64,000 bases of DNA, taken from positions 228,572 to 292,571 of the forward strand of contig DAOUIY010000009.1 in NCBI GenBank assembly GCA_034423215.1. Reading direction: 5' to 3'. Shown one piece after another: positions 1-10,149 of the stretch (positions are counted from its first letter, which is position 1; each line of letters opens with the position of its first letter). Source of the DNA: Dehalococcoidia bacterium. Lineage in GTDB: Bacteria > Chloroflexota > Dehalococcoidia > Lucifugimonadales > UBA3495. The notes under the pieces are model-generated. The model saw nothing but the letters and a program-made list of their open reading frames with translations, was not told where the DNA came from and did not search any database. Position numbers and translations under genes: made by a program.

Positions 1-269
1 GGCAATTCCCGCACCAGGGCACCCACGCGCCGGTCGGCCTGGGACAGGTCGAACTGGCTCTGCAGGTTGAGCCAGAACTCGGGTTCCGTTCCGAACCAGT
101 GTCCAAAGCGGAGGGCGGTGTCCCCGGTTATTGACCGCTTGCCTCCAATAATCTGGCTGATTCTATTGGGGGGCACGCTGATTTGGCGGGCAAATTCTGT
201 TGGCGAAACCCCCAATTCGGTGAGTTCGTCCTTCAATACCGATCCTGGATGAACCGACCTCCTGAACAT
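1..269 (-). CDS. higA: HigA-type antitoxin (XRE-family HTH); 3' end runs off the window
   Basis: My own minus-strand translation from the ATG at 269 (AGAGGT RBS just upstream; alternative ATG at 284) gives MFRRSVHPGSVLKDELTELGVSPTEFARQISVPPNRISQIIGGKRSITGDTALRFGHWFGTEPEFWLNLQSQFDL... This matches the classic HigA/VapI pattern (HPG..L, NRIS.I..G.R.IT.D.ALR....FG....FWLNLQ). It is missing from the ORF track because no stop lies inside the window. Confidence 0.8.
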   Translation of the reverse strand, partial: MFRRSVHPGSVLKDELTELGVSPTEFARQISVPPNRISQIIGGKRSITGDTALRFGHWFGTEPEFWLNLQSQFDLSQADRRVGALVREL

Positions 270-302
270 ATCTACCTCTTGCATCAATTTGCGCCAATTT
301 CG

Positions 303-587
303 TTAATGGTAATCTACGATTTCAACGTTGGAAGGGCCCGAGTCCCCGGCAAACCATTCAAAGCAGATGCGCCAATGCCGGTTAATCCTTATGGGATACT
401 GACCGTCCCGGTTGCCTCTCAGAGCTTCCAACCGGTTGCCGGGCAATGCCCTGTGGGTCTGCAGGGAAACAGCGGCATTCAGGATTGAAAGTCGCCTGGC
501 AGCCTGGTCCTCGAAACTACGGAACCTGCCCACAAATTCGCCGGCGGCAAACTCTGCCGTATTCCGGTCTCTATAACTAACGATCAT
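303..587 (-). CDS. higB: HigB-type toxin (RelE/ParE superfamily, plasmid maintenance system killer)
   Basis: ORF 303..626. Internal start MIVSYRDRNTAEF at 587 is preceded by GGTGGA. The C-terminal IRINRHWRICFEW....VEIVDYH is typical of HigB. Toxin-first order with higA 18-33 nt downstream fits higBA. Confidence 0.8.
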   Translation of the reverse strand: MIVSYRDRNTAEFAAGEFVGRFRSFEDQAARRLSILNAAVSLQTHRALPGNRLEALRGNRDGQYPIRINRHWRICFEWFAGDSGPSNVEIVDYH

Positions 588-791
588 GTTTCCACCATGA
601 TACCATTGTTGTACGCCTGACGTCAATCATATATCTTCTCCCGGCGACAGGCCGGCACCCGGTCTCTTTGCGCTGGCGAACCGCTTACTACGATTCCCGA
701 TTTGTGCTATTCTATTGCAGCGCCAAATACAGGCCAAATCAGGGGCTGGCAAATTTGCGGCCCACAACCCTTTCGACCCGCAGGTAGTCCG

Positions 792-2480
792 TTGACCCAG
801 AAAATTTTCATCGGCGTTGCCTGGCCCTACGCTAACGGCCCATTGCACCTGGGCCACGTCGCCGGTTGTTACCTGGCAGCCGACGTTTTTGCTCGTTACC
901 ACCGTATGCGCGGCAACGAGGTGCTGATGGTGTCCGGCAGCGATACCCACGGTACGCCCATCACGATTCGCGCCGACCAGGAAGGCATAACCCCGGCCGA
1001 GGTGGTGGAGCGGTACCATGCTGACTTCCTGGATACGTGGGAGCGCCTGGGCATTTCCTTCGACCTGTTTACCCACACCAACACGGAAAACCACGAGCGA
1101 GTAGTCCACGACATTTTCCGCACGCTGCTGGAAAACGGGTACATTTACACCGACAACATGCTGCTGGCCTACTGTCCCGGCTGCCAGCGTTTCCTGCCCG
1201 ACCGGTACGTGGAAGGCGTTTGCCCTCATTGCAGCTACGACCGGGCTCGTGGCGACCAGTGCGACCTTTGCGGTCGAACCCTGGACCCGCAGGACCTGCT
1301 GGAATCCTTCTGCATACTTTGCCACGGCTCCCCGGAATTTCGGGAGTCCGAGCACTTTTTCCTGAAGTTGTCCGCCTTTCAGGAACCCTTATTGGAGTGG
1401 ATACGGGAACAGCCCCACTGGCGGGCCAATGTGTCCAACCAGACTCGCAGCTTCCTTGAGGGCGGCCTGAAGGACCGGGCCATAACCCGGGACTTGACCT
1501 GGGGCGTTCCCATACCGCTGGACGGCTACGAGGAAAAACGCATTTACGTCTGGTTCGAGGCGGTCATCGGGTATCTCTCCGCCGCCGTGGAATGGGCTTT
1601 CCGTCGCGGGCAGGGAGACCAGTGGGAAGACTTCTGGAAGGACCCGGATACCCGCAGCTATTACTTTATCGGCAAGGACAATATTCCCTTTCACAGCATA
1701 ATCTGGCCCGCCATGATTATGGGCTACGGCAAGGGGCTGAACCTGCCCTACGACGTTCCGGCAAACGAATTCCTCAGCCTGGAAAACCGCAAGTTTTCCA
1801 CCAGCCAGAACTGGGCCGTATGGGTGCCCGACTACCTGGATCGCTACGACCCGGACCCCTTACGTTACCTCCTCTCCATCAACATGCCGGAGACGGGCGA
1901 TGCGGATTTTTCCTGGTCCGAGTTCGTGCGAAGGAACAACGAGGAACTGGTAGCCACCTACGGCAACCTGGTAAATCGCGTTCTGTCCTTCACCTATCGA
2001 AATTTTGACGGCAAGATTCCCGCCGCCGGCCAGACCGACGAAGTTGACCGCCAACTGCTCGGCGCGGCCAGAGAAGCGCTGGACGAGGTCGGAAACAGCC
2101 TGGAACATACCCGCTTCAAGGCGGCCATTGGGCAGGCATTTGGCCTGGCCCAGGATACCAACCGCTATCTCGACGCCAAGGCGCCCTGGCGGTCCATCAA
2201 GGAAAACAGGGACGAGGCCGGCAACACCCTGAACGTGGCCCTGCAGGTAATAAACTGCCTGAAAGTCGTCCTCGCTCCATTCCTGCCCTTCAGTTCCCAG
2301 AAGGTTCACGGGTTCCTGGGCTTTGATGGCGCCGTCGAACAGGAGCGGTGGGACTTTGAAGCATTGGCCGGCGCAATCCAGGGCGGCAACGCCCTAAGGC
2401 AACCGTCGCCGCTGTACACGAAACTTGATCCCCAGGTCGTGGAATTGGAAAGCCAGCGACTGGGCAATGAAACTTCCTAG
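792..2480 (+). CDS. metG: Methionyl-tRNA synthetase
   Basis: ORF 702..2480. Class-I HIGH motif (ANGPLHLGHVAG), KMSKS-like KFSTSQ and Cys knuckles (CPGC...CPHC). Homologs start near ..KIFIGVAWPY, so I prefer the TTG at 792 with AGGT upstream. The start is uncertain. Confidence 0.9.
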   Translation: MTQKIFIGVAWPYANGPLHLGHVAGCYLAADVFARYHRMRGNEVLMVSGSDTHGTPITIRADQEGITPAEVVERYHADFLDTWERLGISFDLFTHTNTENHERVVHDIFRTLLENGYIYTDNMLLAYCPGCQRFLPDRYVEGVCPHCSYDRARGDQCDLCGRTLDPQDLLESFCILCHGSPEFRESEHFFLKLSAFQEPLLEWIREQPHWRANVSNQTRSFLEGGLKDRAITRDLTWGVPIPLDGYEEKRIYVWFEAVIGYLSAAVEWAFRRGQGDQWEDFWKDPDTRSYYFIGKDNIPFHSIIWPAMIMGYGKGLNLPYDVPANEFLSLENRKFSTSQNWAVWVPDYLDRYDPDPLRYLLSINMPETGDADFSWSEFVRRNNEELVATYGNLVNRVLSFTYRNFDGKIPAAGQTDEVDRQLLGAAREALDEVGNSLEHTRFKAAIGQAFGLAQDTNRYLDAKAPWRSIKENRDEAGNTLNVALQVINCLKVVLAPFLPFSSQKVHGFLGFDGAVEQERWDFEALAGAIQGGNALRQPSPLYTKLDPQVVELESQRLGNETS

Positions 2481-2501
2481 AGGCAATCTTTAGAGGCTAT
2501 T

Positions 2502-3485
2502 TTGGCACAGGGACTCGACGCGCGCGCCGTCACCATCTATTCCCCCATCCTGGAAGAACTAGCCCTCGTTGAGGAACGCCTCCAAGACTTGGCCCAGACT
2601 TCCATTCCCGAACTGGAACCCCTGCTGGAGCATGCCCTTTCCCACGGGGGCAAAAGGGTCCGCCCCGCCTTGACCCTGCTGGCGTCCAGCATAATCCCCC
2701 TGGGCTCGGAAAACCCGGTCCGCATGGCGACGGGGGTGGAGTTGCTGCACCTGGCCACTCTTATCCACGACGACACGGTGGACGACGCCGATACCAGGAG
2801 GGGCAGGGCCTCGGTCAGCGGGCTTTGGGGCAAGGAAGTTGCGGTGCTGCTGGGTGACTACCTGTTCGCCACCTCGGCCACCCTGGTGTGCGACACCGGC
2901 AATCTTCGCGTTGTGCGCCGGTTTGCGGAAACCATAATGGAACTGGCCAGCGGCGAAATCATCGAGTATTTCAACACCTTCAACCCGCAGCAGGAGCTGG
3001 ACCGGTATTATGACCGGATATACCGCAAGACCGCCTCTCTTTTCCGCACCGCGTCGGAAACGGGCGCCGTCCTTAGCGCGGCCAGCGAGGAACAGGTACG
3101 GTCCCTGAGCGATTACGGCTACAACATCGGCATGGCCTTCCAGGTTGTGGACGACATGCTGGACATCCTGGGTACGGAAGCGGAACTGGGCAAGCCGGTG
3201 GGCAACGACCTCAGGCACGGTGTATTGACCCTTCCCAGCATCCTGCTGATGCAAAGGTACCCGCAGGACAATCCCATTCCTGCCCTTTTCCGCGACCCGG
3301 AATTGGACGGACAGCTACAACGCACCCTGGATATGATTAACAACTCCGGCATTGTCGCCGATTGTTTCGCCATAGTCCGGGATTACTGCGACCAGGCCAA
3401 CCTCTCTTTGAAGTCCCTGCCGCCCAGCGAAAGCCGCGAGTCCCTGGAAACCCTGGCAGACTATATCCGGGAACGCAGCCGCTGA
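2502..3485 (+). CDS. Polyprenyl diphosphate synthase (trans-IPPS, medium/long chain)
   Basis: First and second Asp-rich motifs LIHDDTVDDADTRRG and FQVVDDMLD. 327 aa. Confidence 0.85.
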   Translation: MAQGLDARAVTIYSPILEELALVEERLQDLAQTSIPELEPLLEHALSHGGKRVRPALTLLASSIIPLGSENPVRMATGVELLHLATLIHDDTVDDADTRRGRASVSGLWGKEVAVLLGDYLFATSATLVCDTGNLRVVRRFAETIMELASGEIIEYFNTFNPQQELDRYYDRIYRKTASLFRTASETGAVLSAASEEQVRSLSDYGYNIGMAFQVVDDMLDILGTEAELGKPVGNDLRHGVLTLPSILLMQRYPQDNPIPALFRDPELDGQLQRTLDMINNSGIVADCFAIVRDYCDQANLSLKSLPPSESRESLETLADYIRERSR

Positions 3486-3526
3486 ATTGGTTGGGCCGGA
3501 TGCCCGGACCCACCTGTGAAGGTTGT

Positions 3527-5173
3527 TTACTCACCCAGCCCGTCCTGCCAGGCCACCTTCCCTCCCACCACGGTCAGCCTGGACCTGGTTTCAAGGATAC
3601 TCTCAGGAACCTCGCCAGCGGCGTCCAGGTCCACCACCGCCAGGTCGGCCAGCATACCAGGCCGTATGGAGCCCTTGAACCGTTCCATGCCTTCCGCACT
3701 GGCGCCGGCCCGAGTGTAGGCGGAAAGAGCCGAATGGAGTGCGGCCGGCAGACTTTCAACTTTCCCGTTATCAGAGTCCCGGCCTCTTTTCAGGATGCTG
3801 CCCCTTACCGTGCGGGAAGTTACTGAAGCATAGATTCCGGGCCAGGGTGAGGGTTCAATCACCGGTGCGTCAGAACTGAAGGCGACGGTGATTTTCCTCC
3901 GCCGCATCTCATTAAAGTTGTAGAGGTGGGGCAGCAACTCCGGGTCCACGAATTGCAGGTAGATGTCCCCTCGCCAGTAGATGAAGCCGGGTTGCGTCAC
4001 CACCGTTGCGCCTGAGGCAGCCAGTCTTTGCATCAAGTCCGGTGGACACTCCGACGCATGTTCAATCCGATTCGGCGGCGGCGCTACTTGGAGTGCCTCC
4101 CCGTCCGGGCAGGGTCCGGCCATGGCCGCTGTTTGGAATAATTGCGGCAGATTAAGCGCCGCACCCAATGCCTCCCTTTCCACGGCGTGGACTGCAAAGG
4201 GGAAACCCGCGGCCAGGCAGCGGGAGGCCAGTTCCGCCAGATCCCGTTCGCCGGGCTGCAATGCGCCCGTGGTCAGCGTCAGCATGATTTTGGCGTGCCC
4301 CAATCTCAACCGATTGTCTCCCGTCCCCCAACGCAACCCCGACTCAAGAAACTGGTCCAGATTCCGGGCGCCGGCCATCATGGTCAGCCGGGGCGCCAGA
4401 ATATCGTTCGAAGTGAGGCTCCGGAATGTGCGCCACTGTTCCAGGCCGTTATTCGGCCCGGCGTCCTGCACCGAGGTTATGCCCCAGGCCAGGAGCTTCT
4501 CGTTCAGCCGGGCGACGTCCTGTTCCAGTTCTTCCGGCGGGCGGGTACTGCCAATACGACGGCGCAGGTAGGCCGACATTTCGTAAAGCACGCCCGTGGG
4601 TTCGCCCGTGGCAGCGTCCCGGTCAATTACGCCGTCCGGCGGGTCCGGTGTAAGCGCGTCAATTCCCGCGGCTTCCAGGCCGCGCCGGTTCAAAACAACG
4701 GCATGGCCGCTGGCATGGTCCAGTCTCACCGGATGTTCCGGGGCCGCGTACTCCAATTCTTCAAGGATAGGGAACCGGCCCTCGTTCAACTGGGCCGGGT
4801 CAAGGCCAAATCCCCTCACCCACCGGCCCTTGGGCAACTCTGCGGCGCGGCATCTTATGGCTCCCAGCAAATGGCTGATGGAACCAACCGACTCCGGGCG
4901 GCAGTCAAGGGCGGAGAGGCTGGACGCGGTGGACAAGAGGTGGCAATGGGCATCGTTGAGCCCCGGAATCAGGGTTAGCCCCCGACAGTCAACCAGCCTG
5001 GTACGTGGGGAGCGCAGGGGGAGAACTTCCGAATCGGCGCCAACGGCCGCTATACGCTCGCCGGCCACGGCAACAGCCCCGGCCCGGGGACGCAGCGGGT
5101 CCATGGTAAGCGCCCTGGCGTTGTGCAATATGAGGGTAACGGCTTGGGCCATGCTCGCCGGTTCCTGTTTCAA
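3527..5173 (-). CDS. Amidohydrolase-3 (YtcJ-like) family metal-dependent hydrolase
   Basis: 548 aa with N-terminal IPGLNDAHCHL metal-binding motif and C-terminal ...LTVVGGKVAWQ, typical of the family. Substrate unknown. Confidence 0.7.
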   Translation of the reverse strand: MKQEPASMAQAVTLILHNARALTMDPLRPRAGAVAVAGERIAAVGADSEVLPLRSPRTRLVDCRGLTLIPGLNDAHCHLLSTASSLSALDCRPESVGSISHLLGAIRCRAAELPKGRWVRGFGLDPAQLNEGRFPILEELEYAAPEHPVRLDHASGHAVVLNRRGLEAAGIDALTPDPPDGVIDRDAATGEPTGVLYEMSAYLRRRIGSTRPPEELEQDVARLNEKLLAWGITSVQDAGPNNGLEQWRTFRSLTSNDILAPRLTMMAGARNLDQFLESGLRWGTGDNRLRLGHAKIMLTLTTGALQPGERDLAELASRCLAAGFPFAVHAVEREALGAALNLPQLFQTAAMAGPCPDGEALQVAPPPNRIEHASECPPDLMQRLAASGATVVTQPGFIYWRGDIYLQFVDPELLPHLYNFNEMRRRKITVAFSSDAPVIEPSPWPGIYASVTSRTVRGSILKRGRDSDNGKVESLPAALHSALSAYTRAGASAEGMERFKGSIRPGMLADLAVVDLDAAGEVPESILETRSRLTVVGGKVAWQDGLGE

Positions 5174-5367
5174 GTCCCGTGCCCCTTGACTGGGGAAGTT
5201 CAGAAGGAAGTGACCCTTTCTTCGGTTCGCTTCTGCAAAAAGCTAACAGGGCGCTGAGACACTTTGAAACAGTTTCCAGGCAACCTGCTGCCAATGGGAT
5301 TTAGGGCCGCGGCAGGTAAAGCAGACCGGCTTACCAGTCTAATGAGAAGAGTGCAGAAACGAGCCCG

Positions 5368-6303
5368 TTAGACGGTCAGAACGGCAGCGTCGTGCTGCTC
5401 GTCCGCATGGTACGAACTTCTGACCAGCGGGCCGGAAGCCACGTGCTTGAATCCCATTTCCTCGCCGACCCGGGCCAACTCGGCAAACTCGTCAGGATGA
5501 TAGAAGCGGTCAATGGCTATGTGCCTGGCCGAGGGACGGAGGTACTGCCCGATGGTCAGCAAGTCGCAATCTACATCGCGCAGGTCCTTCATGGTTTCAA
5601 CCACTTCCGCCATCTTTTCGCCCATGCCGACGATGATGCCGGACTTGGTAACGGCAGCGGGGTCAAGCTGCTTGGCATCGGCAAGAAGGTCCAGAGAACG
5701 CTGGTAATTGCCCTTGGGCCTCACCCTGGGGAAAATACTCCTGGTGGACTCAATGTTGTGATTCAGGACATCCGGTCCTGCATCCATGACCCGGGCCAGC
5801 GCTTCCCGGGAACCGCCAAAATCCGGTATAAGGACTTCAACCTTGCAGCCGGGAGACTCCTGGCGTATCCGGTTGATGCACGCGGCAAAGATGAAGGCGC
5901 CCCCGTCGGCCAGGTCATCCCGATTGACCGATGTAATGACACAGTACCTCAGGCCCATTCGCTTTACCGTTTCCGCCAGGCGTCCCGGTTCGTTCAGGTC
6001 CAGCCCTTGCGGGCGGCCCGTCGTTACGGCGCAATAGTGGCAGCGTCGGGTGCAGATTTCACCCAGAATCATGAAGGTAGCGGAGCCACGGTCCCAGCAC
6101 TCGCCGATGTTGGGGCAGTGGGCTTCCTCGCAAACGGTGTGCAGCCGGTTCCCGCGCATCAACTGCTTCAGTTCCAGGTACTTGGGACTGCCCGGCATGG
6201 TAACCTTCAGCCAGGGGGGCAACTTGGGTCTAACCGCCGTGTTGGTTCCTTCACCAGCCAATTTTCTTCCTTCCTCGACACCGTGTTTACCGTCAACGGA
6301 CAC
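5368..6303 (-). CDS. lipA: Lipoyl synthase
   Basis: N-terminal cluster CEEAHCPNIGECW and radical-SAM CTRRCHYC motif. 311 aa. Confidence 0.92.
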   Translation of the reverse strand: MSVDGKHGVEEGRKLAGEGTNTAVRPKLPPWLKVTMPGSPKYLELKQLMRGNRLHTVCEEAHCPNIGECWDRGSATFMILGEICTRRCHYCAVTTGRPQGLDLNEPGRLAETVKRMGLRYCVITSVNRDDLADGGAFIFAACINRIRQESPGCKVEVLIPDFGGSREALARVMDAGPDVLNHNIESTRSIFPRVRPKGNYQRSLDLLADAKQLDPAAVTKSGIIVGMGEKMAEVVETMKDLRDVDCDLLTIGQYLRPSARHIAIDRFYHPDEFAELARVGEEMGFKHVASGPLVRSSYHADEQHDAAVLTV

Positions 6304-6381
6304 TTTTCACTGCATCAGCAACCGTTGGCCCTCTACCCAGCCCTCAACGCCCCGACGTCCAAGCCGGTCGCCAACGATTAA

Positions 6382-7023
6382 TCACGGTTGGCGCAGAGTG
6401 ACCTTCCTGGGGTTAACCCGGCGTTTTTCCGCCACGATAATGGCTTCAATCTCCGAAACCGCCTGCTCCAGGCGCCCGTCGCGGTTGACAACGCAGTATT
6501 CGTAGCGGGAAATGTGCTCCATTTCCTGACGGGCTATTGCCAGCCGCCTCTCTATTTCATCGGGGCTTTCAGTCTGTCTTCCGGCCAGGCGCCCGGCCAG
6601 TTCTTCCAATGAACTGGGGGCGAGAAAGATAAACAAGGCGTCCGGGGCCAATTCTCGGATAGACTCCGCGCCCCTCACGTCTATCTCCAGGAATACGTCA
6701 GCGCCTGCGTCCAGTCCCTCTTCCACCTGACTACGCGGGACCCCGTACCAGCGGCCGGAGTATTCAACGCATTCCAGCAGGCCGTTATTGGCCCGCAGTT
6801 CTTGAAACTCGCCGTAATCCAGAAAGATGTAATCAACGCCGTGCTGCTCTCCCGCCCGGGGAGCCCGGGTGGTGGCGGTAACGGCGAAACGCCCGGTATT
6901 TCCCCTCTTTTTCAACTCAGCGACGACGGAGTCCTTGCCCACCCCCGAGGGGCCGCTGATTACAACCAACAAGGGATATGAAGCGGGAGCCTCGATCGCC
7001 GTTTCTCCGGTTTGCTGCGACAA
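6382..7023 (-). CDS. gmk: Guanylate kinase
   Basis: P-loop ISGPSGVGKDS and TTRAPRAGEQHGVDYIF motif. 213 aa. Confidence 0.9.
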   Translation of the reverse strand: MSQQTGETAIEAPASYPLLVVISGPSGVGKDSVVAELKKRGNTGRFAVTATTRAPRAGEQHGVDYIFLDYGEFQELRANNGLLECVEYSGRWYGVPRSQVEEGLDAGADVFLEIDVRGAESIRELAPDALFIFLAPSSLEELAGRLAGRQTESPDEIERRLAIARQEMEHISRYEYCVVNRDGRLEQAVSEIEAIIVAEKRRVNPRKVTLRQP

Positions 7024-7111
7024 CTTCTACTATCCAACTTTGGCTTTAACCAACCCTGGTACTATCAACACTGGCGCTATCCAACCTGGACACGCCGGAA
7101 ACTTCAGCCGG

Positions 7112-8125
7112 CTAGCGGCCCGGATCCCGCCCGCCTGTGCCCCGGAAAATACGCCGCTGGGCATCCAGCAGCTTTCGGCCCACGAACATGTCGCCCATGC
7201 TCTGGGCAAAGGTGGGCATCTCTTCATGGGGGTTGTACTGGCGAGCCTGGGCGCCGTAGTCGCCGGCCAGCCACTTGGCCCGGGCCACCCTCGCCTCTTC
7301 AAAAACTCTCAGGATGGCCGCCGGGTCCACGTTCTCTGAGTCTGCCAGTTCCTGCCGCAGCCGGTAAAGCTCGCGGATGAACGAGTCAATCCAGGCGACG
7401 ATGGGTTCGGCGTTGGTGACGCAAATGTCCCGATGCATGACGGTATCGCCGGAGGCCAGGCGCGTCATGTCGTGATAGCCGCTGGAAGCCACGCGGGCGA
7501 TATCGTCCCAGTTGGCGCTATTGGAAGTGCAGCCCATCAGGGCAACCGAAAGCATAAAGGGCAGGTGGCTGACCGCAGCCACAAAACTGTCATGTTCTTC
7601 GCTGCTGATGTAGTAGGGAACGGCCCCGATGGCTTCCGCCAGGGTGGTTATTTCCGCCGCGGCCCGCTCGCCGGCCCTGACGCTGGGAATAATGCAATAT
7701 GCCTTCCCTCGAAAGAGGTCGGGTTCAGCATTCTCCGGGCCCGGGGTCTCTTTGCCTGCCATGGGGTGGCCGCCCACGAACTCGACGCCCGGAGGGAGGA
7801 ATTGGTCGGCCCACTCCATAACGACCTTTTTCGAACTGCCTACGTCGGTGACTACGCAGCCTTCGGCCAGGTGCGACCCCATGACCTCCATGAGTTCCCG
7901 CATTGCCACGATGGGAGTTGCCAGGACCACGATGTCGGCGCCTTCCACCGCGTTCAGCAGGCGGTTCTCCATTCGGTTGAAGCCACCGGATTTCTGGGCG
8001 CCGGACCTGGCGCCCCCGCTGGCATCGGTGCCAACCACTTCCAGGTTCATCAGCTGGGAGTTTCGCAGGGCCAGCCCCAACGAGGTGCCCATCAAGCCCG
8101 TACCCACAATTGCGATTCTAGGCAT
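7112..8125 (-). CDS. tyrA: Prephenate dehydrogenase
   Basis: Rossmann motif IAIVGTGLMGTSLGLAL, then GGHPMAG. Start MPRIAIVG at 8125 is preceded by a GGGAGAAGAG RBS. The ORF stays open to 8203. Confidence 0.8.
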   Translation of the reverse strand: MPRIAIVGTGLMGTSLGLALRNSQLMNLEVVGTDASGGARSGAQKSGGFNRMENRLLNAVEGADIVVLATPIVAMRELMEVMGSHLAEGCVVTDVGSSKKVVMEWADQFLPPGVEFVGGHPMAGKETPGPENAEPDLFRGKAYCIIPSVRAGERAAAEITTLAEAIGAVPYYISSEEHDSFVAAVSHLPFMLSVALMGCTSNSANWDDIARVASSGYHDMTRLASGDTVMHRDICVTNAEPIVAWIDSFIRELYRLRQELADSENVDPAAILRVFEEARVARAKWLAGDYGAQARQYNPHEEMPTFAQSMGDMFVGRKLLDAQRRIFRGTGGRDPGR

Positions 8126-8309
8126 TACTCTTCTCCCAGGTAAGGTTCGGCGGGCCCTTGCCCTTTGGATATCTAATCTTACACCATCCACCAAGGCAGG
8201 CAAATGCTCCGGCAGCCTCGGTTTCCGAACGCGACGTGGTTAGCCCACCGGGTAAACTCCGGTTGAATCTCCGTAGGCCCTCAATCGCCCGCGCGCCGGG
8301 CTGTCAGGG

Positions 8310-8338
8310 TTGACAAATCCCTGTCCGAAACGTAGGGT
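8310..8338 (+). promoter_or_regulatory. Candidate sigma-70-type promoter for the proVWX operon
   Basis: TTGACA (8310-8315), a 17-nt spacer, then TAGGGT (8333-8338). It lies ~290 nt upstream of the proV ATG. Pattern match only. Confidence 0.3.
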
Positions 8339-8631
8339 ATCCACAGCGTAAGCGACTCGGAAGAGGTAGGTTAACATGCCAGCCGATTGCTGCTTAACGC
8401 AATGGCGAAAGTGGTTCAATCTCCTGTCCGCTTCAAGGGACTCCCGTTCCGCATTTGTTCACCGCTCCGCTTTATGTAAACCTCATCCCTCCTCAATCCC
8501 TTCAAACGTTACGTTTTCCACTGCATTAAATCCTTTCAGCATTAAGTTTTCGTTGTCCCGCAAACCCGGTGCGCCGGAACGGAGCGTTTTCTTCGCCGCG
8601 CACGTGAGAAGCCCAAAGGGAGGACACGACT

Positions 8632-10044
8632 ATGCAGCCTCAAGCTATGAAGCCTGAAGATAGCTCCGACACACCGCCAAACGACACTGCTGCCAACGAT
8701 ACCGCAACGGATAACGGAAATGTAGCCGCCGTGGCGGTTGTGGACGACAATGAAACGGGCGCGGCTACCGAAATCGGAGAACCGTACATTACGGTCCGTT
8801 CACTCTGGAAGGTGTTCGGCAGAAATCCCGAGCGGGTGCTGTCACCGGAATACGCCGACAGGGACAAGTCCTTTTTCCAGAGTGAGTTTGGAAACGTGGT
8901 GGGCTTGCGGGACGTCAATTTTGAGGTCAAGAAGGGCGAGACTTTCGTAATAATGGGACTGTCCGGCAGCGGCAAGTCAACCCTGGTCAGGTGCCTGCTG
9001 CGGCTGATTGACCCGACCGCCGGCGAGGTTTTCATTGACGGTGAGGACATCACAAAGATGTCGGACAAGGAACTGGTGGAGTTCCGGCGGGACAAGATCG
9101 CCATGGTTTTCCAGCACTACGGCCTGATGCCGCACCGGAATGTCCTGGACAACGCCTCCTGGGGCCTGGAAGTGCAGGGAGTGGACAAAGCGGCAAGGTA
9201 CGAGCGCACCCGCAAGTCGCTGGAACTGGTGGGGCTGGCCGGTTGGGAGGACTCCTACCCCCGCCAGCTTTCCGGCGGTATGCAGCAGCGGGTGGGCCTG
9301 GCCCGGGCCCTGGTGGTGGATACCGACATCCTGCTCATGGACGAGCCCTTCAGCGGGCTGGACCCACTGATACGCCGCCAGATGCAGGACGAACTGCTGA
9401 ACCTGCAAACCGAACTGCAGAAAACCATCGTGTTCATCACCCACGACCTCAACGAGGCCCTGAAGCTGGGCGACCACATCGCCATCATGCACGACGGCGC
9501 CGTTGCCCAGATTGGCACTCCCGAGGACATTGTGCTGAGACCCGAGGACGAGTACGTGGGCGACTTCACCCAGGACGTGAGGCTGGAGAGCGTTTTGACC
9601 GCCAGCAAGGTCATGGTCTCTCCCAAGGCCACGGTCATGGGCCGGCAGGGGCCACGGGGCGCCCTGCATACCATTGGGCAGAGCGACGGCGACGTGGCCT
9701 GGGTGGTGGACAACCGCGAAAAGTACGTGGGTCTCCTCTCCATCGGCAACGCCGAGCGCGCCCTGCGGTCCGGAGTAAGACGCCTGGATGAAGCTTGGGA
9801 CTACGTGGACAGGAACTACCTGCCCGTGTCGCCGGCGACGACCTTTGACGTTTTAATACCCATTGCCATGTCCAGCGATTATCCCATTCCCGTCGTTGAC
9901 GATGGAAACACCCTGGTGGGCGAGGTCCACCGCAGCGCCCTGGCCGAAGCCCTGGCCGAAACGTCCACCGTGGACCCGGACTACGAGGCCAACGCGGCCA
10001 TGAACGCTGCAATAGCCGCCGAGAATGAATCCACGGAAAACTAG
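8632..10044 (+). CDS. proV: Glycine betaine/proline betaine ABC transporter ATP-binding protein with C-terminal CBS pair
   Basis: Walker [10 protein letters not shown], signature [15 protein letters not shown], Walker [10 protein letters not shown] and a C-terminal CBS-like region. RBS AAGGGAGG. The ~50-aa acidic/polar N-terminal extension is unusual. Confidence 0.88.
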   Translation: MQPQAMKPEDSSDTPPNDTAANDTATDNGNVAAVAVVDDNETGAATEIGEPYITVRSLWKVFGRNPERVLSPEYADRDKSFFQSEFGNVVGLRDVNFEVKKGETFVIMGLSGSGKSTLVRCLLRLIDPTAGEVFIDGEDITKMSDKELVEFRRDKIAMVFQHYGLMPHRNVLDNASWGLEVQGVDKAARYERTRKSLELVGLAGWEDSYPRQLSGGMQQRVGLARALVVDTDILLMDEPFSGLDPLIRRQMQDELLNLQTELQKTIVFITHDLNEALKLGDHIAIMHDGAVAQIGTPEDIVLRPEDEYVGDFTQDVRLESVLTASKVMVSPKATVMGRQGPRGALHTIGQSDGDVAWVVDNREKYVGLLSIGNAERALRSGVRRLDEAWDYVDRNYLPVSPATTFDVLIPIAMSSDYPIPVVDDGNTLVGEVHRSALAEALAETSTVDPDYEANAAMNAAIAAENESTEN

Positions 10045-10149
10045 CCAGGGCAAGAGGGATGGATTGATTTTCAAGTACATTCAGGGCTGGCCTCCCGTCG
10101 CGGCTGGCAAATGCCATGTCCGCCCCAGCCCGGCTTCACAGGAGACATT

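Noticed and set aside
627-1355. Long ORFs antisense to recognisable genes: 627..1355, 5392..6381, 12572..13354, 15874..16965, 18043..19053, 19570..20418, 22154..23044, 24466..25236, 26376..27158, 28671..30128, 31677..33122, 36392..37546, 41038..42315, 57924..59468, 61351..62481, 62561..63415.
   Set aside because: Each lies opposite a gene with unmistakable family motifs (metG, lipA, CoA-transferases, ThDP enzyme, M24, GMC, LLM, mfd, proB, proA and others). Their translations are Arg/Gly/Pro/Ala-rich with no motifs, as expected for shadow ORFs in GC-rich DNA.
8204-8631. Glycine or other known riboswitch in the proV leader.
   Set aside because: I could not find the conserved glycine-riboswitch cores (..GGAGAG...CACCG.AGGGGCAA..) or any other motif I recognise. 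It is left as an unexplained long leader.
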